The notes below the pieces were generated by a model. That model was not told where the DNA came from, ran no database searches, and worked only from the letters and a program-made list of their open reading frames with translations. Positions 16,682 to 24,223 of a stretch of DNA of 24,223 bases are shown here, piece after piece. Position 1 is the stretch's first letter, and each line of letters starts with the position of its first letter. The stretch comes from a virus (Duplodnaviria; Caudoviricetes): IMG/VR virus record IMGVR_UViG_3300025647_000268, positions 1 through 24,223 of that record. One strand, 5' to 3'. The translations under genes and the position numbers were made by a program.

Positions 16682-17557
16682 TTAGCGTAGCCCTAGAGGA
16701 TCATTATCGCTCATATTGTTAGCGGTTGGAACTTGCACTCCGAATTTACTAGCTGCCTGCGCAACTGCATCGGACCGTGTAACGCCACCAGCACGAAATA
16801 TCTTAGTTGCTTCGGTAGTGATAGCTTGGATTTTGCCTCTAACCGTTGGGTCAAGGTTTGTTATGTTACCGGCCTGGTCGAATAAGCCGCCTAACAATTC
16901 AACCGATTGCTTATACATCAAGCTTTCATCACCTGATTTTAATTCATCGCTACCTGTTCCGCTTGCCGCTTTAACTGGCGTTGCTGCTCGCTCAATTTCA
17001 CGACCTTGCTTATAAACAACGTCCTCACCACCGACTTTGATCACTTTAGGATTTTCTAAAATCTTATCCATTGCCATAGCTTTTGATAGTGACAATTCCA
17101 TAAAGTTAGGATCAAAGCTTTCGGGTAATTTAGATTGGACCTCTTTAGAGACGCCTTGTCGCATCAGACCGTAACGTCTGCTTTGCTCTTCCGGTGTTTT
17201 GCCTTGAAGCACGTAGCCAGCTAATTGCCCCATTTCATCAACACTTCGCTTAACTGCTTCGCGCTTTGTTTTGTCCATAGTTCCTATAGCATTGATAAAG
17301 CTTGCGCCGCCTTCAGGATCTAAAGCTAGTAACTGCTGCTGTGCGTCAACATCACCGCCAACGGCTTTGCTTCTTAATCCGGTTAACATATTGCGTTGCT
17401 CGTTAGCTTGTCGCTCACGTTCTGGACGCTGGGCTACTTCTCGCTCTGCTTCGCTTAGCTGTAATGATGATAGTTTGTTTTGGGTTCTCGCACCTTCAAC
17501 CGCTGCTTTAGTGCGGTAGATTTCTCCAAGGTCAATGCCATACTGATTAGCTGCCAT
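16682..17557 (-). CDS. Putative DNA ejection/internal virion protein (P22 gp20 position)
   Basis: 291 aa, helical Ala/Gln-rich; synteny between the gp7-like and giant genes. Confidence 0.7.
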   Translation of the reverse strand: MAANQYGIDLGEIYRTKAAVEGARTQNKLSSLQLSEAEREVAQRPERERQANEQRNMLTGLRSKAVGGDVDAQQQLLALDPEGGASFINAIGTMDKTKREAVKRSVDEMGQLAGYVLQGKTPEEQSRRYGLMRQGVSKEVQSKLPESFDPNFMELSLSKAMAMDKILENPKVIKVGGEDVVYKQGREIERAATPVKAASGTGSDELKSGDESLMYKQSVELLGGLFDQAGNITNLDPTVRGKIQAITTEATKIFRAGGVTRSDAVAQAASKFGVQVPTANNMSDNDPLGLR

Positions 17558-17558
17558 G

Positions 17559-18248
17559 TTAAGACGCTCCTATCGTTTTATAAGTTAACCAGTTTTGTGC
17601 CGCCTGGTTTGTTGCTTGCGCCATGCCTTGATAAGCGCCTGCTCTCGCTTGGCCTTGGGCTTGATAACCTTGGTTCATAGTCTGACCTAGGTTCGACATT
17701 ATATTACCTTCAGTCGCCGCTAGTTGGCTGGTGGCTTGCGCTTGCCCTGCTGCTGAAGATTGACCGCCTTGTGATAAGCCAGAAAGGATATTAAATTGAC
17801 GCGCTTTCTCGTTCGACTCGCGAGCATAAGCGTTAGCGTATTCTTGACTAGCTAATCCTTGCGAGTATTCGGCGATCCCCTTTTGTTGCGCACCACTAAG
17901 TAAAAGACCTCTCGCAGCCGCTGAACTATCCAAAGCCTTAACACCTTGGTCCATTCTGAATTGATAGCCTGGGTCTTGGGTTACATCAATATTGCCTACT
18001 TGAAATTCGCCAGACTGAACGCCGGCCCAAATCTTATCTAAAGCCTGCGCACCAACATCACGCCACGGTGCAAAATCTTCACGCTGCTGGTTTGCTAGCT
18101 CTCGCTGTAATTCTCTGTTTTCATAAGCTATGCGCTCTTCAGCATCCATGCCTTGTTGTGCTGCGCTAGATTGCGCTTTTGCTGATTTACTGGCCGAGTA
18201 CGCGCCAACAACCGCGCTACCAATTACCGCCGCTGCAACTACTGACAT
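17559..18248 (-). CDS. DNA transfer/ejection protein (P22 gp7-like)
   Basis: Hydrophobic Ala-rich N-terminus; PW...G..AL and DPGYQFR..QG..A...SAAARG...SG motifs; Ala/Gln/Gly-rich. Confidence 0.82.
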   Translation of the reverse strand: MSVVAAAVIGSAVVGAYSASKSAKAQSSAAQQGMDAEERIAYENRELQRELANQQREDFAPWRDVGAQALDKIWAGVQSGEFQVGNIDVTQDPGYQFRMDQGVKALDSSAAARGLLLSGAQQKGIAEYSQGLASQEYANAYARESNEKARQFNILSGLSQGGQSSAAGQAQATSQLAATEGNIMSNLGQTMNQGYQAQGQARAGAYQGMAQATNQAAQNWLTYKTIGAS

Positions 18249-18799
18249 AAATCCCCCTTATTCACTATTGATTTAGCTATGTCAGTCAATACGGCTTCGT
18301 CATTAGCTAGCTTAGCCATTGCCTGTTCTAGTCTTAGGTTAAAATCTTCGAGCTCTTCAAACGAGCCACAAGTTAAAAACTGATACATTTCTGTAGGGTC
18401 GCGCTCTTCAGCACAGTGGAAAGTGATCCAGTGAGTATCCTCATGCGCGTAACCTGCACGTTTTTTACCCGCTTTACCTTCCATAATATTTAAGCCAGTT
18501 AACCGCTTAACCTCGCCGGTATCGGTTGATACAGATACATCACCGCTGAGCATAATATCAAAGTGATCAAACTTGTGAATGCGACCAGTTAACAGTGTGC
18601 CTTTTGGAATAGTTATTTCGCGAGCGTATATGCCACCACTAAAACGATGATTAACGGGGATGTTAACTTGGTCCTCTTGAAGCATTGCAGATTCAAGCGC
18701 TCCTAGTTTTGCCCTTCGGTCTAATACGTCCATTGAAGAAACCGCCGCAACTATGGCAAGCGATCGGCCTTCATCAAGATTTGCATTTGTCTCTCTCAT
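18239..18799 (-). CDS. Cupin-like phage protein in the tail/ejection cluster
   Basis: H.FS.GIYARE..IPKG....G.IHK.DH...L.G and G.KR.GYAHEDT.W.T.H double-stranded beta-helix pattern. Confidence 0.7.
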   Translation of the reverse strand: MRETNANLDEGRSLAIVAAVSSMDVLDRRAKLGALESAMLQEDQVNIPVNHRFSGGIYAREITIPKGTLLTGRIHKFDHFDIMLSGDVSVSTDTGEVKRLTGLNIMEGKAGKKRAGYAHEDTHWITFHCAEERDPTEMYQFLTCGSFEELEDFNLRLEQAMAKLANDEAVLTDIAKSIVNKGDLCQ

Positions 18800-18808
18800 G
18801 TTGAACCC

Positions 18809-19366
18809 TTACTCTGTCATTTGTCCTGAAGCTTTGCTTTCAGCTAGTAGATTGTTAAGCACTGCAATAGCAGCATTAAGATCAATAGACAACTGATTAA
18901 CAGCCGCTTTATTTTCATTGGTAAGCGTTGCCATTAAATCAGTATATGCCTGATCATAAGCTGCCGGCGCTGGCAATAAATCATCCGTTACAATGTCAAC
19001 TATTGAATCAACACCATCAGCTATTGCTACCATCCTTTTAACTAATCCGGCTAAATCTTCTTCAGCCAAATCATTAAAGCCTACTATATCACCATTGGCC
19101 CCATGCGCTGCATTGTCGTTTACGTGTGCAACAAACGCTGTACCATCTTCGTTAACCTGCTCGATAACTTCAGCCAGTGAAGAGTTTACATCAAGTAGCT
19201 CACTATCAAGTGCCGCCTTGTTTTCGTCAATGGCATTACCACCCTTGTATGATGTTCGGTTGTATAAGTCTCTAAACCAAACCGACCAGGCGCGAGTAAG
19301 TAACCCGGACTGATCAACTATAGCCGTTTGTAGTGGAGGCTTTGAAACCTGGTTAGCATCTGCCAT
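18809..19366 (-). CDS. Putative tail needle/plug protein (P22 gp26 position)
   Basis: Directly after the gp10-like gene with TAATG coupling; heptad-like coiled-coil segments. Confidence 0.55.
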   Translation of the reverse strand: MADANQVSKPPLQTAIVDQSGLLTRAWSVWFRDLYNRTSYKGGNAIDENKAALDSELLDVNSSLAEVIEQVNEDGTAFVAHVNDNAAHGANGDIVGFNDLAEEDLAGLVKRMVAIADGVDSIVDIVTDDLLPAPAAYDQAYTDLMATLTNENKAAVNQLSIDLNAAIAVLNNLLAESKASGQMTE

Positions 19367-20739
19367 TAGCGCACCTCAACCCACGCCCCGCCAATATCAA
19401 TTGGTATAGGGTCTGATATTTCAACTTTAAATGTGAACTGCCTAGCAGCACCAAAACGATTTACTTTAGCCCGGCAAGAGTATTGGCCCATTTTCCCAAT
19501 GGTGCCGCGCTTAAAATTTTGGCTATACGTCTTGCCTGAGTCTTTAGAGAAATAAACTCGCAACTCAGGGTCAACACCTTGGCCATGATTCAGCCCAACA
19601 CCCGTACCCATATCAAACTCTAGGCTATCCACTGTTAAAAACTCTCGCCCATTATTTACCGTTGGCAATACAAATTCACGAATAACCGGCTCACCGTCAT
19701 CCGTATAATAATTGCTTGCCATTTGGTATATGCGCCCGTTCTGAAAGTCGCCGACCAATGTTTTTGAGTCAAAGAAAATGGCGTTGTTAGATTGGTGCCG
19801 CCCAAACTGGTAGCTTTGGCGTATATGCCATGCGCCGGTAGAAATGTCATAGCACCAGGTTAAATCTCTGCTCGGTATTGTTAGCACATAAAACAAGTGG
19901 CCTTCGTCTTGATACGTATATGCAAACGAGTCGCTAAGATCAACACCCTTTAATGTTTCCTCTACTGCGTGTGTGCTTATGCGTACCGGTGTGTAACCGC
20001 TCATTTGGTACACCATCAAATCAGATCCAACAAAGTAAACCGTGTTGTTTTGCTTTGCTACGGTATAACGTGCGCCGCACCCTTTCTCAATAAATGCGCC
20101 TTGGTTACGTTCAAATGGAAAGTCACTTGCGCCTGAGTTATACCAGACCTCAATAGTATCTTCACCAAACAAGAATATTTCTCGATGATCACTAAGTACC
20201 GCGACCAGGTTATCTGGTTGCCCTTCTGCGGTAGCATAATCCAAACCATCAAACTCAATGCTCAGTAGTTTTGATATAAAGAACTGGCCTGAGTTTTTAC
20301 GCTCAAAAAGAAAGTAACCATCTTGATAGGTAACCGTTGTAGCTGGATAGAATGCCTCGCTAGTGATCTGCTTAACTTCGTTTAATGCTGCGTCAAAGTA
20401 GAAGCCTTTGTAACCATCAACAACAACAACTTGAATGCCGTTATCTTCCATCGATACACGGCCTTTTAAATCAACATCACCTAGCTCTTTGTATTTACCT
20501 GTTTTAAAGATTTCATACATTTTTGTAGGAGTAACCGCAAACACTCGACCTTTGTTGTTGTGTAGGCCTAATACTGGATATGTAGGCAATTCACAAAAGA
20601 AGGCTAGCCCAGGCGTACCAATTAACGTAAACGGATACTTCCCGCCTTGGGAACTTCTAGGGTAAACGTTAACAAGTAATTCATTACCTGAAATATCTTG
20701 CTCTGAAGTATTCGCCGCTAATGGGATTTCTTTTTGCAT
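19366..20739 (-). CDS. Tail hub / packaged-DNA stabilization protein (P22 gp10-like)
   Basis: 457 aa beta-rich; TPGL, DGYF, ATAEG.PD, FG..TIEVW, GC.A, Y..EGH.FY.LT.P....W.YD..T..WH motifs. Confidence 0.9.
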   Translation of the reverse strand: MQKEIPLAANTSEQDISGNELLVNVYPRSSQGGKYPFTLIGTPGLAFFCELPTYPVLGLHNNKGRVFAVTPTKMYEIFKTGKYKELGDVDLKGRVSMEDNGIQVVVVDGYKGFYFDAALNEVKQITSEAFYPATTVTYQDGYFLFERKNSGQFFISKLLSIEFDGLDYATAEGQPDNLVAVLSDHREIFLFGEDTIEVWYNSGASDFPFERNQGAFIEKGCGARYTVAKQNNTVYFVGSDLMVYQMSGYTPVRISTHAVEETLKGVDLSDSFAYTYQDEGHLFYVLTIPSRDLTWCYDISTGAWHIRQSYQFGRHQSNNAIFFDSKTLVGDFQNGRIYQMASNYYTDDGEPVIREFVLPTVNNGREFLTVDSLEFDMGTGVGLNHGQGVDPELRVYFSKDSGKTYSQNFKRGTIGKMGQYSCRAKVNRFGAARQFTFKVEISDPIPIDIGGAWVEVR

Positions 20740-21488
20740 TATGGACCGCCGGTAATATCGTATGTGCCATAACCGCTTTGACGGCTAGCAATTGCGGGAT
20801 CAACCCTTAGCGCTATGTCGCGGTAGTTGTTGCGCTTCAACCACTTCTTGCCTTCGGTCGCGTGAATAGCAATCGTGTTGCTTACTTGCTTACCCCATTC
20901 ATCGGCCAAATCTAAACACAAGTTATAGATAAGCGCTCGCTCATAGCCTGGTGGTAAGCTGATAACTTCAGTTAAACAGGCAATAGGCAATATGCCGCTT
21001 AATGGCTGGATGACTTCAAGGTGAAGCGTTTCGCTGTCATACGGTAATGAGTCAAATATCAATTCATTTAACGGCCAACCTTCACGCATGTAAATGTATG
21101 AAGGTCTAGACTCGTTTGTTTTGCGGCTAATACCTGAGAAGGTAGTAACTGCCATTGGAGTAACCAGGTAATCAGTATCGTATTGATCACGAATAAACGA
21201 TGACAGTATTTTTACTGGCCTCGCCGTTTCAATATGATTATCAGGTAATGGATCAGGCTTTGGCTCAGGATAAACGCCAATAGTATAGCTAGACTGATTT
21301 ATAGTTAGCTGGTGGGTTACAACGCTTACCACTGGGATAAGCAATGTTTCATTGGTCCAGGCGTCTACCATTTGGGCGAAAACCTTTAAAGCGTCATCGC
21401 CCTCGTTAGCCGGTAAGGGTTCACCGGCTGCTAGTACGCCAATCTTTCGCATAGAGCTGCGGATTATATCCCCTACCGTGGTAGTCAT
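20739..21488 (-). CDS. Head-to-tail adaptor (P22 gp4-like)
   Basis: T.GDII..S.RKIGV.A.GE....E..DAL.....M.D.W N-terminus and LP.GY..AL.YNL...LA C-terminus; synteny. Confidence 0.8.
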   Translation of the reverse strand: MTTTVGDIIRSSMRKIGVLAAGEPLPANEGDDALKVFAQMVDAWTNETLLIPVVSVVTHQLTINQSSYTIGVYPEPKPDPLPDNHIETARPVKILSSFIRDQYDTDYLVTPMAVTTFSGISRKTNESRPSYIYMREGWPLNELIFDSLPYDSETLHLEVIQPLSGILPIACLTEVISLPPGYERALIYNLCLDLADEWGKQVSNTIAIHATEGKKWLKRNNYRDIALRVDPAIASRQSGYGTYDITGGP

Positions 21489-21490
21489 AG

Positions 21491-22036
21491 TTATTCGCCT
21501 TCGTTCATTGCTTCAGTGATTTTAGCGATCATGGTTGCTTCGCTCATGTTCATTGTTAAACCTAACTGGTAATCAGTGTTACCTAGTAGTTTTAACTCTT
21601 CTTTAGTTAAGCGCTCTGGCTCTTCACCGAACTGGTCGCGCATTAACTGAAATTCAGGTGTTACGCTATCGCTTGAGCTTTCCTTTAAGCCACGGCGCTC
21701 AGCTTCAGCAAGCAAGGCTTCATCAGTAAGGTTAGTTACATCGAAAGCGACTGCCGCCATTTTATTGGCTTCAGCTTTTAATTGCTCAGGCGTTAACACG
21801 ATAAAGCCGTATGAAGTCACCAGGGAGACAAGATCTTCAGGTGATGCGTTACCAACTTGTTCAAGCGTTACACCAGTGTCGTTATTTTCTGGCAACTCTA
21901 AATGCGCCGGAGTATCAAACCAGCCGTCATCTAATTTTGCTGCTAACTCTTCATCGGTTAATGCAAACATTTTGCCTTTTGGCTCTGAAGCGCTGAATAG
22001 GTATGTAGGGCGTTTTGGGTTAATTACTTTTTCCAT
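21491..22036 (-). CDS. Acidic hypothetical protein (181 aa) with repeated short helical motifs
   Basis: Start reassigned to ATG 22036 (AAAGGA RBS, downstream of the terminator); GW.DTP motif and LT.E.L repeats. Confidence 0.75.
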   Translation of the reverse strand: MEKVINPKRPTYLFSASEPKGKMFALTDEELAAKLDDGWFDTPAHLELPENNDTGVTLEQVGNASPEDLVSLVTSYGFIVLTPEQLKAEANKMAAVAFDVTNLTDEALLAEAERRGLKESSSDSVTPEFQLMRDQFGEEPERLTKEELKLLGNTDYQLGLTMNMSEATMIAKITEAMNEGE

Positions 22037-22076
22037 GGGAAGATCCTTTGATGATATTTGTTGAAAGCTTTCACCC

Positions 22077-22101
22077 AAAAAGCCGGCACAATGGCCGGCT
22101 T
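22077..22101 (-). terminator. Intrinsic terminator after the coat gene
   Basis: Minus strand AAGCCGGC-cattgt-GCCGGCTTTTT; typical position after a major capsid gene. Confidence 0.8.
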
Positions 22102-22118
22102 GTTTGTTGGGCTAGTTA

Positions 22119-23375
22119 TTAGCTAGTCGCTGCACCCCATAAGCGTAATGCTAGTTCAGGGTAAATCATTTGAGCACCCCATACAGCATCAATACGGGTA
22201 ATCTCTGACTGTTGCGTAATGTCATACGCTGCGGTCATTAGCAATGTTAAACCGGTTTCAGGGTCGGCAACTTTAGATTTAACTACTGCTGACTCTGGTA
22301 ATTCCAATTCAATCATGGCTAAAGCGATAGCCTCTTTATGGAACAAGTAGTTTTGTTCATAAGTAGTGTTTGCCGAACCAAGTACAGTTACCGGCGCGTT
22401 ATCCGCTGGTAATGCTGTCACGTTTTGGAATGCACCCAAGCTGATAGTGTCGCCGTCAGCGTTGGTAGTTGTTAGCGTACCATCGTTTAATGAAGGTGAA
22501 ACAGTGATAGTCGCTAAACCACCAGCGCTAGAATCTACGTCAGCTAATACAACGAACTCTTGTAAGAAGCCAGTTGTTTCATAGTTTTGCGGGTTAACAC
22601 CATAAACACCAGCAAAAGTAATTACATCACCTTCTTTAAGTAATCCAGTGCGTGAAGCGGTCCAGCCGTCAGTAGTGATTGAATTACCATTGGTGATAAC
22701 TCCAGCAACTAAAGGAGTGCCACCATAGTTACCCACTGTATGCTTAGGCAAGTTTTGAGTTTCGTAAGTGTTATAGCTTGCTACGTTACCTTTGTAACCT
22801 GCGCTATATGCACCCTTAACCATTGCAGACTCAAACAGCTTAGTGACTTCGTCAGATAATGAGGCACACGTAAACGGATCAAGTACAGCGTTACGCATAC
22901 CATCTTGCGGTACACCGTAAGTAGTTTGCTTAGCGCCTGCGTTAGCAAAATCAATATACTTACCTGGGCGAACACCTGGCGTACCAGACGAGTGGAATGC
23001 TTTCTTTAGCGTCATAGCTAATGTGCGGTCAATCTTGTTAGCAATCTGCACCATACCCGACTTTAGGTAGCGCTCAGAGAACTGAGTAATATCAAGCGTC
23101 TTGTCTTTAACAGTGATTTCAAGGCCGATATGCTCTTGATACTCAATCTTAAATGGAATGGTTTGATCAACCATTGGTTGCTTTGACAGCACTCGACCGC
23201 TTTGTGACTTAATACGGAAAGGCTTTTTAAGGCGAATAGTATCACCCACTTTGCCGAACGTTTGCTCATAGTTGCGATATACGCATTTAGCAAACACTAG
23301 GTTGTTTTTTAATAAGCGCAATGCTTCTTTAGCGATAATATCGCTCGTTAATAGGTTGTTCTTTTGATCAGCCAT
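22119..23375 (-). CDS. Major capsid protein, P22 gp5 family
   Basis: 418 aa; N.LLT...IA.EAL..L.N.LV, KVGDTI...P, LK.GDVITFAGV..VNP, L.FH..A..LA, RID..WG....PE.A. Confidence 0.93.
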   Translation of the reverse strand: MADQKNNLLTSDIIAKEALRLLKNNLVFAKCVYRNYEQTFGKVGDTIRLKKPFRIKSQSGRVLSKQPMVDQTIPFKIEYQEHIGLEITVKDKTLDITQFSERYLKSGMVQIANKIDRTLAMTLKKAFHSSGTPGVRPGKYIDFANAGAKQTTYGVPQDGMRNAVLDPFTCASLSDEVTKLFESAMVKGAYSAGYKGNVASYNTYETQNLPKHTVGNYGGTPLVAGVITNGNSITTDGWTASRTGLLKEGDVITFAGVYGVNPQNYETTGFLQEFVVLADVDSSAGGLATITVSPSLNDGTLTTTNADGDTISLGAFQNVTALPADNAPVTVLGSANTTYEQNYLFHKEAIALAMIELELPESAVVKSKVADPETGLTLLMTAAYDITQQSEITRIDAVWGAQMIYPELALRLWGAATS

Positions 23376-23392
23376 GATAGCTTCCTTTTAAT

Positions 23393-24223
23393 TTACCAAG
23401 ATTTTTTAGACTGCTCTTTCTTGTTCATGTGAGCTTCGTATTCAGAATATGACATTTCACCTACTGCCTTTTCGTGAACGCTAGTACCACCAACCGGAAC
23501 AATCGGATCAGGCGCGTTAGTTGTTTTTGTCGGCTTCGGAGGCTTGCTCGTCACCGTCAGGTCAAGTTTTGCGATTGCTCGCATTTGCTGAGCTGGCGAA
23601 CCAGAAGCAATCTCAGCAGCAAGGTTAGCATTTTTGCCTAAGTGATACATGACCTTTGCGGGATCTTCACATTCGGCTAGAGCTTCAAGCATATCGCCAG
23701 TAATAGGAACTTTAGGATCTAGCGCTACCGCTTCAAAATCATCGGGCTTGCTAGCCGCTTCAATCGATTCACGAATAACAGCCATAGCCGTTTTTTGATT
23801 ATCAGTTAAAGCACCTGGTTCGTCTTTGGCTTCTTCAGGCTTCTTGCTTTCTACGCTTTCGGGCTTGTTGTCGTAAGCGTCTAAAGCATCAAGGTAAGCG
23901 TCATACGTTTCAAAGTCGGCTTCTACCGGCTCTTTAGCTACATCAGCTTTCCCCTTGCCTTCTAGCTCGGCAATGCGTTTGTCTTTAGCCTCGTTTTGAC
24001 GGCGTAAATCTTCACGCTCCCTTACTACTTTGTCGATTCTTTTTTGCACACCATTAGACTTGTTAGTCTTATCTTGTGCGGCGGTATCAGAATCTTTACC
24101 GGGATCATCACCTTCACTGCCTTCGGTGTTTTCATCAGCTTCAGTAGCATCAGTATCTAAGCTGGCCTGCTCTTCTTCTGTATGCGTTTCCTGTTCTGTT
24201 GATGCGTCTAATTGCAGGTCACT
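23393..24223 (-). CDS. Scaffolding protein, 5'-truncated by the window edge
   Basis: The frame stays open from GTG 24049 to 24223 (acidic stretch SDLQLDASTEQE...); VQKRID coiled coil, Y.LGKN and APDPI.PV motifs; directly upstream of the coat gene. Confidence 0.85.
   Translation of the reverse strand, partial: SDLQLDASTEQETHTEEEQASLDTDATEADENTEGSEGDDPGKDSDTAAQDKTNKSNGVQKRIDKVVREREDLRRQNEAKDKRIAELEGKGKADVAKEPVEADFETYDAYLDALDAYDNKPESVESKKPEEAKDEPGALTDNQKTAMAVIRESIEAASKPDDFEAVALDPKVPITGDMLEALAECEDPAKVMYHLGKNANLAAEIASGSPAQQMRAIAKLDLTVTSKPPKPTKTTNAPDPIVPVGGTSVHEKAVGEMSYSEYEAHMNKKEQSKKSW

Noticed and set aside
5253-17680. Plus-strand ORFs antisense to the tailspike, giant and ejection genes (e.g. 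14141-14722, 193 aa)
   Set aside because: Ser/Leu/Phe-rich antisense shadows expected from the codon bias of the minus-strand genes; no RBS or motifs
22037-22078. N-terminal extension of the 195-aa ORF from TTG 22078
   Set aside because: Overlaps the terminator U-tract; ATG 22036 has a good RBS
18993-23293. Short alternative ORFs within tail and capsid genes
   Set aside because: Fully nested in conserved structural genes; no supporting signals
23393-24049. Scaffold start at GTG 24049 as given in the ORF track
   Set aside because: The frame is open to the window edge, so the true start lies outside the window

Overview
Segment of a tailed-phage genome (P22-type podovirus virion module) with two convergent arms; no host genes, RNA genes or CRISPR array are visible. 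The left arm (1-5062) has divergent sigma70-like promoters with small leftward genes. Its rightward early cluster encodes a Cro-like HTH, a replication initiator carrying an iteron-like origin, a helicase-loader-like protein, a phage Dam-type methyltransferase, a DUF1367/NinB-like protein, NinG and a lipoprotein with a LapG/BTLCP-like cysteine-protease core. The right arm (5063-24223, minus strand) encodes scaffold (partial), P22-type coat protein, gp4-like adaptor, gp10-like tail hub, a needle-like protein, a cupin-like protein, two ejection proteins, a 3033-aa polyvalent internal-virion protein and a beta-helix tailspike. The giant protein carries a ParB-like domain, two HExxH zincin motifs, an N6-adenine methyltransferase and an LPD38-like C-terminus. 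Main points of interest: the giant injected multi-enzyme protein, the phage-borne minimal LapG-like lipoprotein, a two-hairpin minus-strand element at 3532-3630, and the absence of a CI-type repressor at the switch. Family assignments come from recalled motifs and synteny, not from database searches.
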